From positions 66,534,401 to 66,598,400 of the forward strand of contig JARDVH010000042.1 of NCBI GenBank assembly GCA_030324005.1: a stretch of 64,000 bases of DNA. Reading direction: 5' to 3'. Each line of letters begins with the position of its first letter. The first letter of the stretch is position 1. Positions 12,700 to 24,750 of the stretch are shown piece after piece. The notes beneath the pieces are model-generated. The model saw only the letters and a program-made list of their open reading frames with translations, did no database searches and was not told the origin of the DNA. The stretch comes from Negaprion brevirostris. Its lineage: Eukaryota. Both the position numbers and the translations under genes were made by a program.

Positions 12700-13230
12700 T
12701 CTTTCAACATTAATAGTCTCTAGAGATAGTTGATACATTCATCAACCCTATTTGTTACCAATTCAAAAACTTGATCAATTCACTCAGGCACAATTTTCCT
12801 TTAAAGTTGCACGTTGACAGCCTTGATTGATCTGTCCTTCTGAATGGCAATTTATATGTCCTTCAGAAGTCTTTCCAAAGATTCTGCCAGCACATCAAGT
12901 TGACTGGCCTGAATTACTCAGCCTTTGCTGCCTTCTTAAACAGCTGCACATTATTTGCAGTCCTCTGGCATCAAGCTTGTGGCAGAAAGGATGAGAAAAT
13001 GATGGTCAGAACATCCACTATTTCTTACTTTGCTTCTCTAAGCAGCCTGGGATACTTTTCATCAGGGCCTGGTAATTTTCCTACTTTCCAAGACTCTTAA
13101 TATTTCCTCCCTCACTAAGTTATCCTATCCAATATTTCATATTTATCTTGAACTGCAATGTTTGCATCAACCCCCTTTGTGAAGGCAAAGACAAAGTATT
13201 AATTAAAAGCCATGCCCATATTATGTATTT
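12700..13230 (-). mobile_element. CR1 LINE RT fragment
   Basis: The minus strand reads KGKLCLSELIKFLN..VTNRVDE, matching GKSCLTNLIEFFE.VT..VDEG. Confidence 0.6.
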
Positions 13231-13261
13231 CCACACACATGTTCTATTCTGGACCACAAGC

Positions 13262-16200
13262 TGTTATGTATTTAAAGCAGTTGCATCTCTTTTGGTATAA
13301 CTTCAGTGATCTGAGCTTTTGTGGCTCTCCCATCTTTGACCTGGAGCTAGCAACATTTTCTTAATGAACCTGCATCACGTTTTACTACAATCCACTCATT
13401 ACTTTTCTCTTTGAGGTAACTACATAACAAAGAAGAAGAAATTGTTGACAAGAGCCGGAGAACTGTTTTCAACAAGATTGAAGGAAAATGGAACCCAGCA
13501 CTTGGTATTGAAAAGTCAAAGGCAAGGAAAATAACTTCTCAAGGAAGAGTTCCAGGAAAAGAAAGTGTGGCAATGGAAACTGTAGCATTGTTAGCTAAGG
13601 TACTCTCTCTCTTGCATTGTGAGAAGATGAGGGGAAAATCTGAAGAAAGTGTAAAATAAGGGAGCCAATCCAAAATGATGGGAAAAGGTAGAACCACGGA
13701 TATGTTTGATGAAGTTGGAACTCATACAAAGAAAGATTTCAAAATATTATCACCAAACAAATCAAGTACTGGATGACCTAAAGGTTGCACAACTTCTCAG
13801 TTCAGTAGGATGCAAAACTTGCACATTACTGCAATGTTTAGTCCATCCAGCAAAACTGGGATTTAAAACCTATGACGAACTGGTGAAAGTCTTAGAGGAG
13901 CATTTTTCACTTAAATCACTCATGTTGCAGAAAGATTTAGGTTCCTTTGCAAAAGCCAGGAAAAAGGTGAAAAGATTTCACAGTTTGTGGTGACCTTATG
14001 AAGGCTAGCTAAATGTTGTGAATTTGGTGCAATGCTTGATGACACTCTTTGCAATAGATTGGTGTGTGGACTCCAGAATGAAGCTATACAGGAAAAGCTG
14101 CCTACAGGAAAAACTGCCTACAGGAAAAACACTAACCTTGAAATAAACAGTGGCATTGCAATGCCAAAGGAGTTGGCCGCTAAAGCAGCTCTGGAGTCAG
14201 GGTAAATGTCCACAAGATGGAGACTACTAAAACTAAATCTGCATAACAATAGACATGTCCCTGATGAGCACAGGTTGAACACTCAGCAGGGAAATGCAGG
14301 AGTATGGCAAAACAACTGCAAAAATTGTGACCAAAAAAAGGCTTTGCTGCCAACAGCAGACTCCCCTTACAATAAAAATGTGTAAGGCAAAGAAAATATC
14401 CAAATTTGCAGAAAAAAATCTACCAGATGGCAGGCATGAGGAAGATGCCTTAGAAGAAAATGTTCCCAAACAAGTTCAAACGTTGACACTAGGAATTCTG
14501 TTGGTACATGGCAATTCACACTTTTTTTGGATATTCCCAAAACCTGATAGTAAACAAACCAAAATGGAAATGAATATTGCGGTTGGGGTATCATTGCTAT
14601 CTGAGACAATCTATAACTAGAAGTTAAAGCATTTACTATTGAAACCATCAAATGTAATCTTAAGGACGTACACAGAAAACTACATTAATGTAAAAGTGAA
14701 TGGCCTGAACAGCCACAATACAGGATACTCATACACTGGTCCAATGAAGGGACACATGTTCTGCACATTGGTAGATGCACATTTTAAGTATTCTAACTGG
14801 CCTGAAAGTAATGATCATGAAATTCATAACAGTAGAACAAACTATCGAAAAGTTGGATGAAATATTTGCTAGACTTGATAGCCCTGAGCATACAGTAAGT
14901 GACAACAGGACCCAGCTTACTTCAAAGGAATTCAAAGACTTATTGAAAGGAACTGGTATTATGAGGATGGAATTAAAAAAAACATTTTTGATGGTATCCA
15001 AAGAAAACAAAACTTAGGATTTTGGATTGAAAAGTCAAAGGCAAGGAAAAGAATCTCTGGTGCACTACAAATGGTTTAGAAAGTAACAGAAACCACGAAT
15101 AAGCAAGGAATAAAGGTTAAACTTGCTCAATAAAGTGGGTAAACTTCCAAACTACGGAGACCATGCGCGTGGCAAAGTGAAACAGGCTGCAGGAACAGAG
15201 ACTCAAAGAAAATGTCTGTGAGCTCTTAAAGAGAAGTTACTACTTCTTTCTACTTAGAAGAAAGGAAAAGATCCAGGAAAAGAGGAAGTGGGGCAATGTC
15301 ACTCCTGTGACAACAGTAAGTGACAATAGGACACAATTTACTTAAAAGGAGTTTGAAGACTACTTAAAAGGAACTGTCAAGGGCAGGTCGTGCCTTACAA
15401 GCCTAGTTGAGTTCTTCGATAATGTGACTGAACACATTGACGAAGGAAGTGNNNNNNNNNNNNNNNNNNNNNNNNNNNNNNNNNNNNNNNNNNNNNNNNN
15501 NNNNNNNNNNNNNNNNNNNNNNNNNNNNNNNNNNNNNNNNNNNNNNNNNNNCTTGTGGGCCGAAGGGCCTGTTTGTGCTGTAGTGTTCTATGTTCTATGT
15601 TCTAACATATCAAGTAAGATCAATACCATCCAGCAGCAAATGGATTTGCTGAGCAATTCATACAGGTCACTAAAACACTCACTGAAGGCATTCAAAGGAC
15701 CAAGGACACTGTCATAAATAAATATATGAGTAAATAAATTATTGTTATCCTATAGGAACACTACACATGCAACCAAACAGCATTCACCAGCGATAATGCT
15801 TTTAAAAAGGAAGCTTAGAACAAAAATTTGGTCTTTTGATACCACCTGATGCTTCAGAAATTGTCTAACTACAACAATAAGCACAGATTGCTAAGAGAGA
15901 ACAAAATTCAGAGGAGGGTATTTACTGAAGGAGAATGAGTACTAGCAAGAAGCTACACTGCCAATGAAAAATGGGTCCTGTCATTATCCTAGCAAAAACA
16001 AGTCAAACATAGATGGATGATGAAAGAATTTGGTGATGTCATACTGACCAGATATTAGCCTCAAGAAGTGAAATCACTGAAGCTTCACCAGAAATATTTG
16101 TAACATAAATGTTAAAGAGTGACACATCAAAACAGGGACTAACCACACAGACAAATTCAGATGCTGTCTCTGAAGAATCTTCAACACTGATGGAAATGGG

Positions 16201-16330
16201 CACTAAAATAGTTTCATATGAAGAATTACCAACAGACGAAAAAGACACTTCAAAGTCCTCAAGTCGGCAAGTTCCAGAGCAACCCAAAAGAAATAGATGC
16301 TGACCTGAATCTTGTCTTATTAATTGTGTA
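13262..16330 (+). mobile_element. Gypsy (Mag/K02A2.6-like) LTR retrotransposon remnant: gag, protease, integrase; RT/RNase H deleted
   Basis: TG-initiated putative LTR at 13262. Gag KVAQLLSSVGCKTCTLLQCLVHPAKLGFKTYDELVKVLEEHFS; protease MEMNIAVGVSLLSE; integrase GPMKGHMF..VDAH..WPE..FARLDSPEHTVSDNRTQLTSKEF and YHPAANGFAEQF. Confidence 0.85.
15378..15604 (+). mobile_element. Young HER1/CR1 LINE collapsed across a 100-N gap, inserted in the Gypsy integrase
   Basis: KGRSCLTSLVEFFDNVTEHIDEGS with CpGs intact, then the gap, then the 3' tail GGGCCGAAGGGCCTGTTTGTGCTGTAGTGTTCTATGTTCTATGTTCTA. Confidence 0.8.
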
Positions 16331-16377
16331 TACACATGGGAATTAATGGTGCAAAGTAATGTATTTATTGTTTGCAG

Positions 16378-16778
16378 AAGCACTGTGACAGCAATGTGCA
16401 ACATCTACATGATACACTTCAACAAATCACGAAGGCTCCTTTGACAACCCCTTCCAATCTCATAACAATTACCATGTAGAGGGACAAGGCCACAGATGCA
16501 TGGGAACACCACCACCTGCAAGCTCCCCTCCAAGCCACACACGACCCTGACTTGGAACTATATCAACGTTCCTTCACTGTCGTTGGGTCAAAATCCTAGA
16601 ACTCCCTCCCAACAGCACTGTGGGTCGTGTACCTACACCACGTGGATTACAGCAGTTCAAGGTGCTGCTCACTACCACCTTCAAGGGCAATTAAGGATGG
16701 ACAAATATGCATAGATGAGACATGCTAAATAAAGATAACTGCTGGCCCAGCCAGCCACTCCCATGAAAGAATAAAAAA
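16378..16778 (+). mobile_element. CR1-like LINE 3' end (second family)
   Basis: GATGCATGGGAACACCACCACCTGCAAG...AAGGGCAATTAAGGATGG...CCCATGAAAGAATAAAAAA. The same family appears inverted at 34275-34745. Confidence 0.7.
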
Positions 16779-16869
16779 GATGCCCTGCATCTCTCTCCAC
16801 CTATCTTTTTGGAATTTATGGGTTATGGGTTTTGAAATGAATTTTAAGCAAACAGCCTTCTGGCTCTGA

Positions 16870-17275
16870 GAAAAGGAAAGGTATGTATTTATACAGCACC
16901 TTTCATCACCACAGGACCACAGAACATCCCAAAGCATTTTATAGCCAATGAAATATTTTTGAAACATGGTCACTGTTGTAATGAAGCAAACCTAGCAGAT
17001 ACTTTACACACAACAAACTTAGATAGCAACATGACCAGATAATCTGCTTTTTACTTACATTACTTGAGGGATCAATATTGACCAAGGCATCAGTGCTGAT
17101 GCCCCTGTGCTTCTTCAAAATAGTGCCATGGTACATTTACCATCTACCTGAGAAGGCAGTGTCTTGGTTTAATAGCTCCTCAAAAATGCAGCACCTCTGG
17201 CAGTATAGTATTCCCTCTGTAATCTATTGGATTATCAGCCTAATTTTGTGCTCAAATTCTGGAGTAGAACGTGCT
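16870..17275 (-). mobile_element. DeuSINE (SacSINE1/AmnSINE1-like)
   Basis: ATTTATACAGCACCTTTCA...CATCCCAAAGCATTTTATAGCCAATGAA...GACCAGATAATCTG...CTTCAAAATAGTGCCATGG, i.e. a Deu-domain-like core with a LINE-type tail. Confidence 0.7.
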
Positions 17276-17289
17276 GTGTATGGGAACAG

Positions 17290-19620
17290 AGTGCCTCATT
17301 GTCTATGGAGTTGAACTGAACGATGTGCAGTTATCAACAAACATCCCCACTTCTGATCTTGAAATGTTTGGAAGGTCAGTGGTGAAAAAGCTAAAGATCA
17401 TCAAAACTGTCCTGTGGAATGCCTGGGGCTGAGATGATTGGCCTCCAATAGATACAATTTTCCTCAGTGCTAGGAATTACTTGAGCCAAGGGCAGCATTT
17501 TCCCCTTGAATTTCATTGACATTATATTATTGGAGTTCTTTGATGCCACAGTGGTCAAATTATGTGTTAATGTCAGGTAGTCTGAAACTCAGCTCTTTGG
17601 CCCATATTTGCACTAAAGCTGTAATAAGATCTGGAATGGAAGAGTCTCTGTAGAACCCAAACTAGGCACCAGTGAGCAGGTTAGTTATTAATCAGTAAAT
17701 TCAGCTTGATTGCAGTCTTAACAACACTTTCCAACACTTTTCTGATGAAGCAGCAATTGGCTGGATTGGATTTGTCCCCTTGCTTTTTGTGAACAGGATA
17801 TCCTGGACAATTTTCAATATTATTTGGAAGACGTCAGTATTGTAGTTGTACTGAAACAACTTGGCTAAGGATGCAGCTAGTTCTGGAGTTCAAACCTACA
17901 GTATGTAGCCAAGATGTTGCCAGAGCCTTTGCTATATTCATTGACTTTAGCCATTTCTCAATCTCATATGGAGTAATTGGAATTGGCTGAAAACTGACAC
18001 CCATGATGCTGGGGACCTCAGGAGGAGGGGGCTGAGATAGATAATCCACTCAAAAATTCTGTAAGATGTAAATGTAGCCTTCTGCACTAACATGCCTGGT
18101 TTCATCACCATCAAGGATAGCGATATGCACGAAGTTTCAATCTCTCATTACTTGTTGCATTTCACACTGCCATTAATAATTCTATCTGGCAGGACTGAGG
18201 AGCTTTGGTCTAATTGTTTGGTTGTGTGACTGCTTAGCTGTCCATAGCTGCTTTCACTGTTTAACTTTAATTATTTATAAAAATAGCCGTTTCTTGGTAC
18301 AGAACTTGCGTATTGCTGAAAAAGGCATTTTGTCAAAGCTTTTTGTCTTGCACTCATGGTATTAAAGAATACCGTCAGTGAGAAGAGGCCATTCAGACCA
18401 TCAAGTCTGAACCGATTCTCTGAGGAACTTGCTGGGCCATGAGGCTCAGACACTGGTTGAATATAATTCTGCTTTTGATGGCCCTGATCAACTAACATAT
18501 GCCCAGTTCTGAGCTACCTGAATCTGCTCTGAATCCATCCCCTTTAGCACAGTGCTAGTACCATACAATATGTTGGATGGTATCCTCAGTGCGAAGAAAG
18601 GNNNNNNNNNNNNNNNNNNNNNNNNNNNNNNNNNNNNNNNNNNNNNNNNNNNNNNNNNNNNNNNNNNNNNNNNNNNNNNNNNNNNNNNNNNNNNNNNNNN
18701 NCACAAGGAGAATATGCAAACTCCACACAGACAGTGACCCGAGCTGGGAATCGAACCCAGGTCCCTGGAGCTGTGAAGCAGCAGTGCTGACCACTGTGCT
18801 ACCGTGTCAAGGATAGATGCATTTGCAACAGGTGGTAAGAATGAGGTCAAGTAGGCATCTCCTTCCTGTTTTTTCTCTCACAATATGCTGCAGGCCCAAT
18901 CTGGCAGCTATACCCTCAGGACTTGATCAGTAGTAGTGCTGCTGAGCCATCCTTGGTGATGAATATTGAAATCCCCCACAGAGTATCCCAAGAGTTTCTT
19001 CTAAGCAATGTTCAGTATGGAGGAACAATGACATATCAGCTGAGAGAACACAATAGCTGATAATCAACAGGAGATTTCCTTGCCCATGTTTGGCCTGATG
19101 TTTGACCTCAAAGGTACAAAAGTCAAATGTTGAGGACTTCCACAGTCACTCCCTCCTGACTGTGGAAGTCCATGCTGTCACCTCTGATGGGTCTGTCCTA
19201 CCAGAAGGAAAGGGCATAACCAGCAATACTGATACGAGGGTCTGAAACATTGGATGTTAGGTATGACTCGGTGATTATGACATTTCAAGCTTTAGCTTGA
19301 TTAGTCTACAGCATAGCTCTCCCAAGTTTGGCACAAGCCCCCAGATGTTGATAAGGAGGTATTTGCAGATGCATGGGGTGTACCTTTGGCATTTTTAATT
19401 GTTGCTGGGTGGTCTATGTGGTTTTGTCCTCCTTTGGTTTTTCTGTAGCGGTTTGATACAACTAGCTTATGTCAGAGGACAATTGAGTCAACCTTATTGT
19501 TGTGGGTCTAGAGACATGTGTAGGCTGGACCATGTTAGGATGACAGATTTCGTTCCCTAAAGGACATTAGTGATCCTGGTGGGCTTTTACGACAATCCTG
19601 TAGTTTCATGATCACCCTTA
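17290..19620 (-). mobile_element. CR1-like LINE, fragmented (5' region, EN, RT), interrupted at about 18253-18810
   Basis: Minus-strand EN motif GDFNIHHQGWLSSTTTDQ (about 18920-18980), then PPPEVPSIMGVSFQPIPITPYEIEKWLK and RT VALDI/WHQ-like motifs. Confidence 0.75.
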
Positions 19621-20312
19621 TGAAATTAACTTCGCCATTTACAGAGTAAGCCTCTGGATTACTGGTTCAGTAACATTATCACTGCTGATATTCCTAATAT
19701 TAATTTCAAGGAATCAATGCAATTTTTTTTTTAATCTGTCTCAGAGCCCTGTTGAACTGTTATCTATTAAGGGTGATTTCCCACAGGATAGCTTAACAAT
19801 CTGTCCCTCCAAAGTTGCACCACCCTAGATGAAGCTTCAGGTGGAAGTAACAAATTGATCAAGGACAGTAACCTTCATTTTCTAACACTCCTCCCATCAA
19901 AATTACTATTTACCTCCAAAAACCTCCAACATTAGCAGATCCTAGACCCTTTCCACTTGTTAGATCCCACAACCGTCTGTTTAATCATCCCAGATACTCG
20001 GCCACCTCAGATCTGCAACATTTCAATCAGCATCAGCCACGTGAAAATACAGCAAAACTCCCATTGAGTTAAGTGATTTGGGCCATCAAAAGCAGAATTA
20101 TTGTCAACCAGGATCTGTAAACTCATGGCCCAGCATATTCCTCAGAGAATTGGCTCAGACTCGATGATCTGAATGGCCTCTTCTCGCCGTAGGGATTCTT
20201 TGATTCCATGAATGCAAGACATAAAGCTTTGATAAAATGCCTTTTTCAGCTATACTCAAGTTTTGTACCACCAAACGCCTATTTTTATAACTAATTAATG
20301 TTAAACAGTGAA
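18253..20312. repeat. Inverted duplication with arms 18253-18443 and 20122-20312
   Basis: The reverse complement of 20122-20312 aligns end to end with 18253-18443 (TTCACTGTTTAAC...GCTGAAAAAGGCATTTT...GAGAAGAGGCCATTCAG...GCTGGGCCATGAG). Confidence 0.9.
18702..18806 (-). mobile_element. HE1 SINE 5' head (the rest lies in the gap)
   Basis: GCAAACTCCACACAGACAGTGACCCGAGCTGGGAATCGAACCCAGGTCCCTGGAGCTGTGAAGCAGCAGTGCTGACCACTGTGCTACCGTG. Confidence 0.9.
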
Positions 20313-22247
20313 TTTATTCAAATTATCATAGAATTATTGGCTTTGATAATATATTGAGGTTTACCAAACAAAGAATAATATATCCCTTAATCCACCATCA
20401 CAGAACATCAATTAATACATAATGCAACTACAAAATGAAAATACTTAATAGGGAAATAATTGTTACTTTATTTTCTCCTCAAAATTCATGCTGCACAATT
20501 ACAAATCAGTTCAAACAGCCTGTTGGTGTGTAATTTATTGCACTGACCATACTGGGTAAACAGGACATGAAAAAAATTGATTATACCTTTAAGGGACATC
20601 TTTGGGAAGAATATTTCAAACACTTTCATACTGTAAGCAGCATCTTAGGCCTGAATCATGGTTCTTTAACATGTTAGTACATTTAATGCATTAGAACGTA
20701 TGGAACTATAATTCAAACTTATTTGCTGCACCCTAAAACGTGCAAAAATGAATGCACAAAACATGTACCACAATCTACTTTTCCTCAAGTCTAAAAGGTA
20801 ACATGGTAATATGTAAATACTCCTATGAATTGGAAGGTTTCCACAATATCTTCTAATGTTGTATGTACATTGACTCAGTGCTTTACGTAAATGTAAAATA
20901 GCAGCCAGATACTCAGGAATGAATTACAGGTGCATGTAGTACCCACAGATTAAGCTATATGTCATTTTTGAAGGCACTAGAGGCTAAACCCAAAAGTTAT
21001 CCAAAAATGTTAACTTATTCTTGATATTTCATTATTACTCACAGCACATTTTCTTCCACAGTGTGGCATGACATGAAGAGAAATGGATTACAACAATGAG
21101 AGAAAATATCAGTAATGAAGAAAAAATTATAAACAATGTTATGTTAGAATTGCAAGAACAAGACAAAAATCTGCATATGCTGACATTGTAACAAAGCACG
21201 AAAATGTTAAAAAATAACATACCTTNNNNNNNNNNNNNNNNNNNNNNNNNNNNNNNNNNNNNNNNNNNNNNNNNNNNNNNNNNNNNNNNNNNNNNNNNNN
21301 NNNNNNNNNNNNNNNNNNNNNNNNNNNNNNNNNNNNNNNNNNNNNNNNNNNNNNNNNNNNNNNNNNNNNNNNNNNNNNNNNNNNNNNNNNNNNNNNNNNN
21401 NNNNNNNNNNNNNNNNNNNNNNNNNNNNNNNNNNNNNNNNNNNNNNNNNNNNNNNNNNNNNNNNNNNNNNNNNNNNNNNNNNNNNNNNNNNNNNNNNNNN
21501 NNNNNNNNNNNNNNNNNNNNNNNNNNNNNNNNNNNNNNNNNNNNNNNNNNNNNNNNNNNNNNNNNNNNNNNNNNNNNNNNNNNNNNNNNNNNNNNNNNNN
21601 NNNNNNNNNNNNNNNNNNNNNNNNNNNNNNNNNNNNNNNNNNNNNNNNNNNNNNNNNNNNNNNNNNNNNNNNNNNNNNNNNNNNNNNNNNNNNNNNNNNN
21701 NNNNNNNNNNNNNNNNNNNNNNNNNNNNNNNNNNNNNNNNNNNNNNNNNNCAGATAATAATGATTTTAATGGTTACTGTGTAAATAAATAGGAAATGCAT
21801 TATATTAACACTATAGCAAATTTATTAAATTCTTTTTTCTAAATTGACTGGATTACTTTACAAGAGAATTATCATTTCACACAAATTTTAGTTTCCAAAG
21901 AAAAAAGACTTTCATTTACATGGTTGATCTTTAAAATTTTATTTACAATAATATATTTCAAATAATCAAGTAATAGTATTCAGCTAATTAATGAGATATA
22001 TTGAAAGCATCAAAGGCCTAATTGAAAAACAACGTTCTTGGGAAAAGGCAGAAAGTTTGTTTTTCTGGTTCAAATTTAGAAGACTTAACAGAAGAAAGGA
22101 AGCATTTCTGTAGAATAAATATTTTTTAGTGGATAAATGAACAAAATAAATCAAATGAATCAATGACTTATAAAAGCCAACAATGAAATTGCTACAAAAA
22201 CTATAAATAATGCAAGCCAAGCTTTTTTCTTTACTCTGCACACTCAC

Positions 22248-22292
22248 TGCTGTTCATCAGGGAACCAATTAAATGTGTTGAAAATTTGGAAC
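22248..22292 (-). CDS. Candidate 45-nt symmetric micro-exon of an unidentified gene
   Basis: Acceptor CTTCTTTTCCTTATGGCCAG and donor GCA|GTGAGT. Two frames are open (xSKFSTHLIGSLMNS or xFQIFNTFNWFPDEQ). No homology recognised. Confidence 0.2.
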
Positions 22293-22399
22293 CTGGCCAT
22301 AAGGAAAAGAAGTTGGTCACTGCAGTGCTTCCTCAATGCATTTAATGTTGCCCCCTTCAGATGAACATGGATTTTATTGGGCATACTGGTTTAAGTGCC

Positions 22400-22890
22400 A
22401 GCCTTGACGCAGTGACAGCACTTTCATTCCTGACTCAAAAGTTGTGGGTTCATGCCTCACTCCACAGATTTAAGCACATAGTTCAGTGCTGTGCTAAGGG
22501 AGTGCTACAGTGTATTGAGGTGCTATCTTTTGAATGAGGTTGTAAAGAATCCTGTGTGGCCGCCCACATTGGATGAGTAAGGAACTTCTCCCCAGTGCCT
22601 TTGCTCATATCCCTGAACAAACGATCTGGGCCGGAACTCTCCAGTCACATCTGCCCTTCCAACAAGGATGGAGGATTAGTTGGTCAGCCAAATTTCCATT
22701 CACAGCAGCGGGACTAGAGAATCTCATCCACAGGCGAAGTCAGAGAATTCCAGCCCTGGTCTTTTATCTGTTGATGTTTTGGGACCTTGCTGCACTTGTC
22801 TAGTGCTTGTAATTCAAATTACTTCATAGGCCATGAAGTACTGTGGGACTTATCAAAAACATAAAATCTGCTACATACATGTAAACCTGT
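22400..22890 (+). mobile_element. DeuSINE with nested MITE
   Basis: Head GTTGTGGGTTCATGCCTCACTCCA...CAGTGCTGTGCTAAGGGAGTGCTAC and core ...ATCTGGTCTTTTATCTG...GGGACCTTGCTG. Confidence 0.6.
22629..22755. mobile_element. 127-bp PIF/Harbinger MITE with CTG (CWG) TSD
   Basis: TIRs GGCCGGAACTCTC and GAGAATTCCAGCC match at 11/13. CTG is present at 22626-22628 and 22756-22758. Confidence 0.8.
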
Positions 22891-22984
22891 TCACTTGCCC
22901 AACCATAAGTTTTGTGGCAAGCAATCTATAGTTTTGTATATATTTTTTAAAACGTTCAGTGCAATTTTTGCGTCAGCAAGCACA

Positions 22985-23200
22985 GAAATAAGCATAGTAC
23001 TCCAGGTGTGGTTTCATCAAAGCCCTGTGTAGCTGTAACAAGACTTCTTTATTCTTGCACTCCCAATCCCCTCTTCTCAATTGCTTGTTGTGCCTGTTTG
23101 CTAACTTTGTGTTTCTTGCATAAGACCTGAGTCTTTCTGCAGTAATTTTTAGAAGTTTTGTGCTTTTTAAAAATTATTCTGATTTTCTGTCTTGCTACCA
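22985..23200 (-). mobile_element. CR1 ORF2 C-terminal fragment
   Basis: The minus strand reads KEVLLQLHRALMKPHLEY. Confidence 0.7.
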
Positions 23201-23329
23201 AAGTAACGATTCAGCAGAAGTTCTATTTTGCTTCCAAAAAGACACTGGCAGCACCTCCTTGAAGCAAAAGCTGCCCCATTACTTCAAAATAATCAAAACT
23301 TAAGACTCAAAATGCTGAAGCTTCATTGA

Positions 23330-24130
23330 GGGTATTTATTGCGCTGATACATTGTGACTCAACATTGCTGCCCAAGGTCAGACCAGGCTCCAGCCCTGTT
23401 TAACTTATGCACAAACGATCTTTCAAAATCTACCTCCTGAAAATCCACACATGCTGACATCTGCCTTGCAAATCAAGCTCCTGCCTTCAATACCTTGGAC
23501 TGGACCCTAAACAAGGTCTTGTCAACACGATAGCCTATGGTGACTCAAGCGAAATCTGCAAAAGCAGTATCCAATTTATTCCATCTTCACAATATAAAAG
23601 TTGATAAAGAGCTCAACATCCAAATACATGGCTACAGACTAAAAGCACCTCAACTCCAACATATCTTGGGGTGACCCTAGACAGGACCAGAGAACATCTA
23701 AAAACAACTGCAGTCAAGGTCACATCGAGAAACAACTTGGTGGCCAAACTAGCTTACTTGGCATGTAACAACACACAAAATGATAGAAATTGTTCACAAT
23801 CCCACCACCTGCCACTTCATGCTGATTTATTCAACCCCCCCCCAAGATACGATTCCTGTCAAGAAGGCCGGTGAGGAGAAATCCTCACATGCAGGGACTT
23901 CAATGCAAACTCCACCTCAACAAATGAATGGGAATCATTGGACATGATGAACAAAACCTGGTCTTAAACCCAACCCAACATCTGCCTGGCTTCAACTTTC
24001 CAAGAAAAGAAGAGTGGTCCAACCTCAAAAGGTTCAAGATCAGCTATGGCCCTTGCTTGGCCATCCTTCAAAGGCAGGGAATTAGTGCCAGCCTTCAATG
24101 TGCCTGCGGGAAAACGCAAACTAGATTAAA
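23330..24130 (+). mobile_element. Vingi/Ingi-like non-LTR retrotransposon RT and C-terminal remnant
   Basis: LPQG..APALFNLCTNDL, HADICLANQA, PTYLGVTLDRTREHLKTTAVKVTSRNNLVAKLA, and WSNLKRFKISYGPC....LQCACGKTQT (C-terminal zinc-finger region). Confidence 0.7.
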
Positions 24131-24139
24131 GCAACAATA

Positions 24140-24750
24140 AGGCAAGGTTTGGATCTTCTTTTGTCTTTCAACATATAGTGACATTCTCTTGACCCCCTGT
24201 ACATGTCTCCTTGGGTAACATGGTGATGAGTTGATGATGTTGAACTCATTCTGCTCAGCAAATCCCTTAAGTTCTCTGGAGATGAACTAGGTCCCATTGT
24301 CACAGATTATTCATTCAGCAAACCCGCGATCAGTGAACAGAACATTGTTGAGATTATGGTTGTGGCTCTTAAATATTAAACCTTTCAGATGAAAGGGAAC
24401 TTTGAGTAGTAGTCTGCAACTACAAGATACCATTCTTGTTTGCGTGTGAATAAATTGGTTCTCACGGCGTACCATGGTCTGGGCAGTACTTAAAAGCAAT
24501 AATCTCCTCTTTCTGCTGTGTATTTCTATACCTCTGGCACATATTCCAATGGATGCCATTATTTTTGATGTCTTTGTAGATGTCCATCCTGTATACAGTG
24601 GAGCTGGGTCTAAGCTTATACTTCTCCATTCCAGTGTGATCTTCATGTATCATCTTCAGAAGTCTTCCTGCATCATTTTACGAATATTTTGGATTCAGCT
24701 AGTAGAATACCACCTGGTAATGAGGTACCATCTGACAAACCAATACTGTC
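24140..24750 (-). mobile_element. Gypsy integrase fragment
   Basis: IHEDHTGMEKYKLRPSSTVY...CQRYRNTQQKE (HHCC zinc finger), YLVVADYYSKFPFI, and IICDNGT.FIS. Confidence 0.85.
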
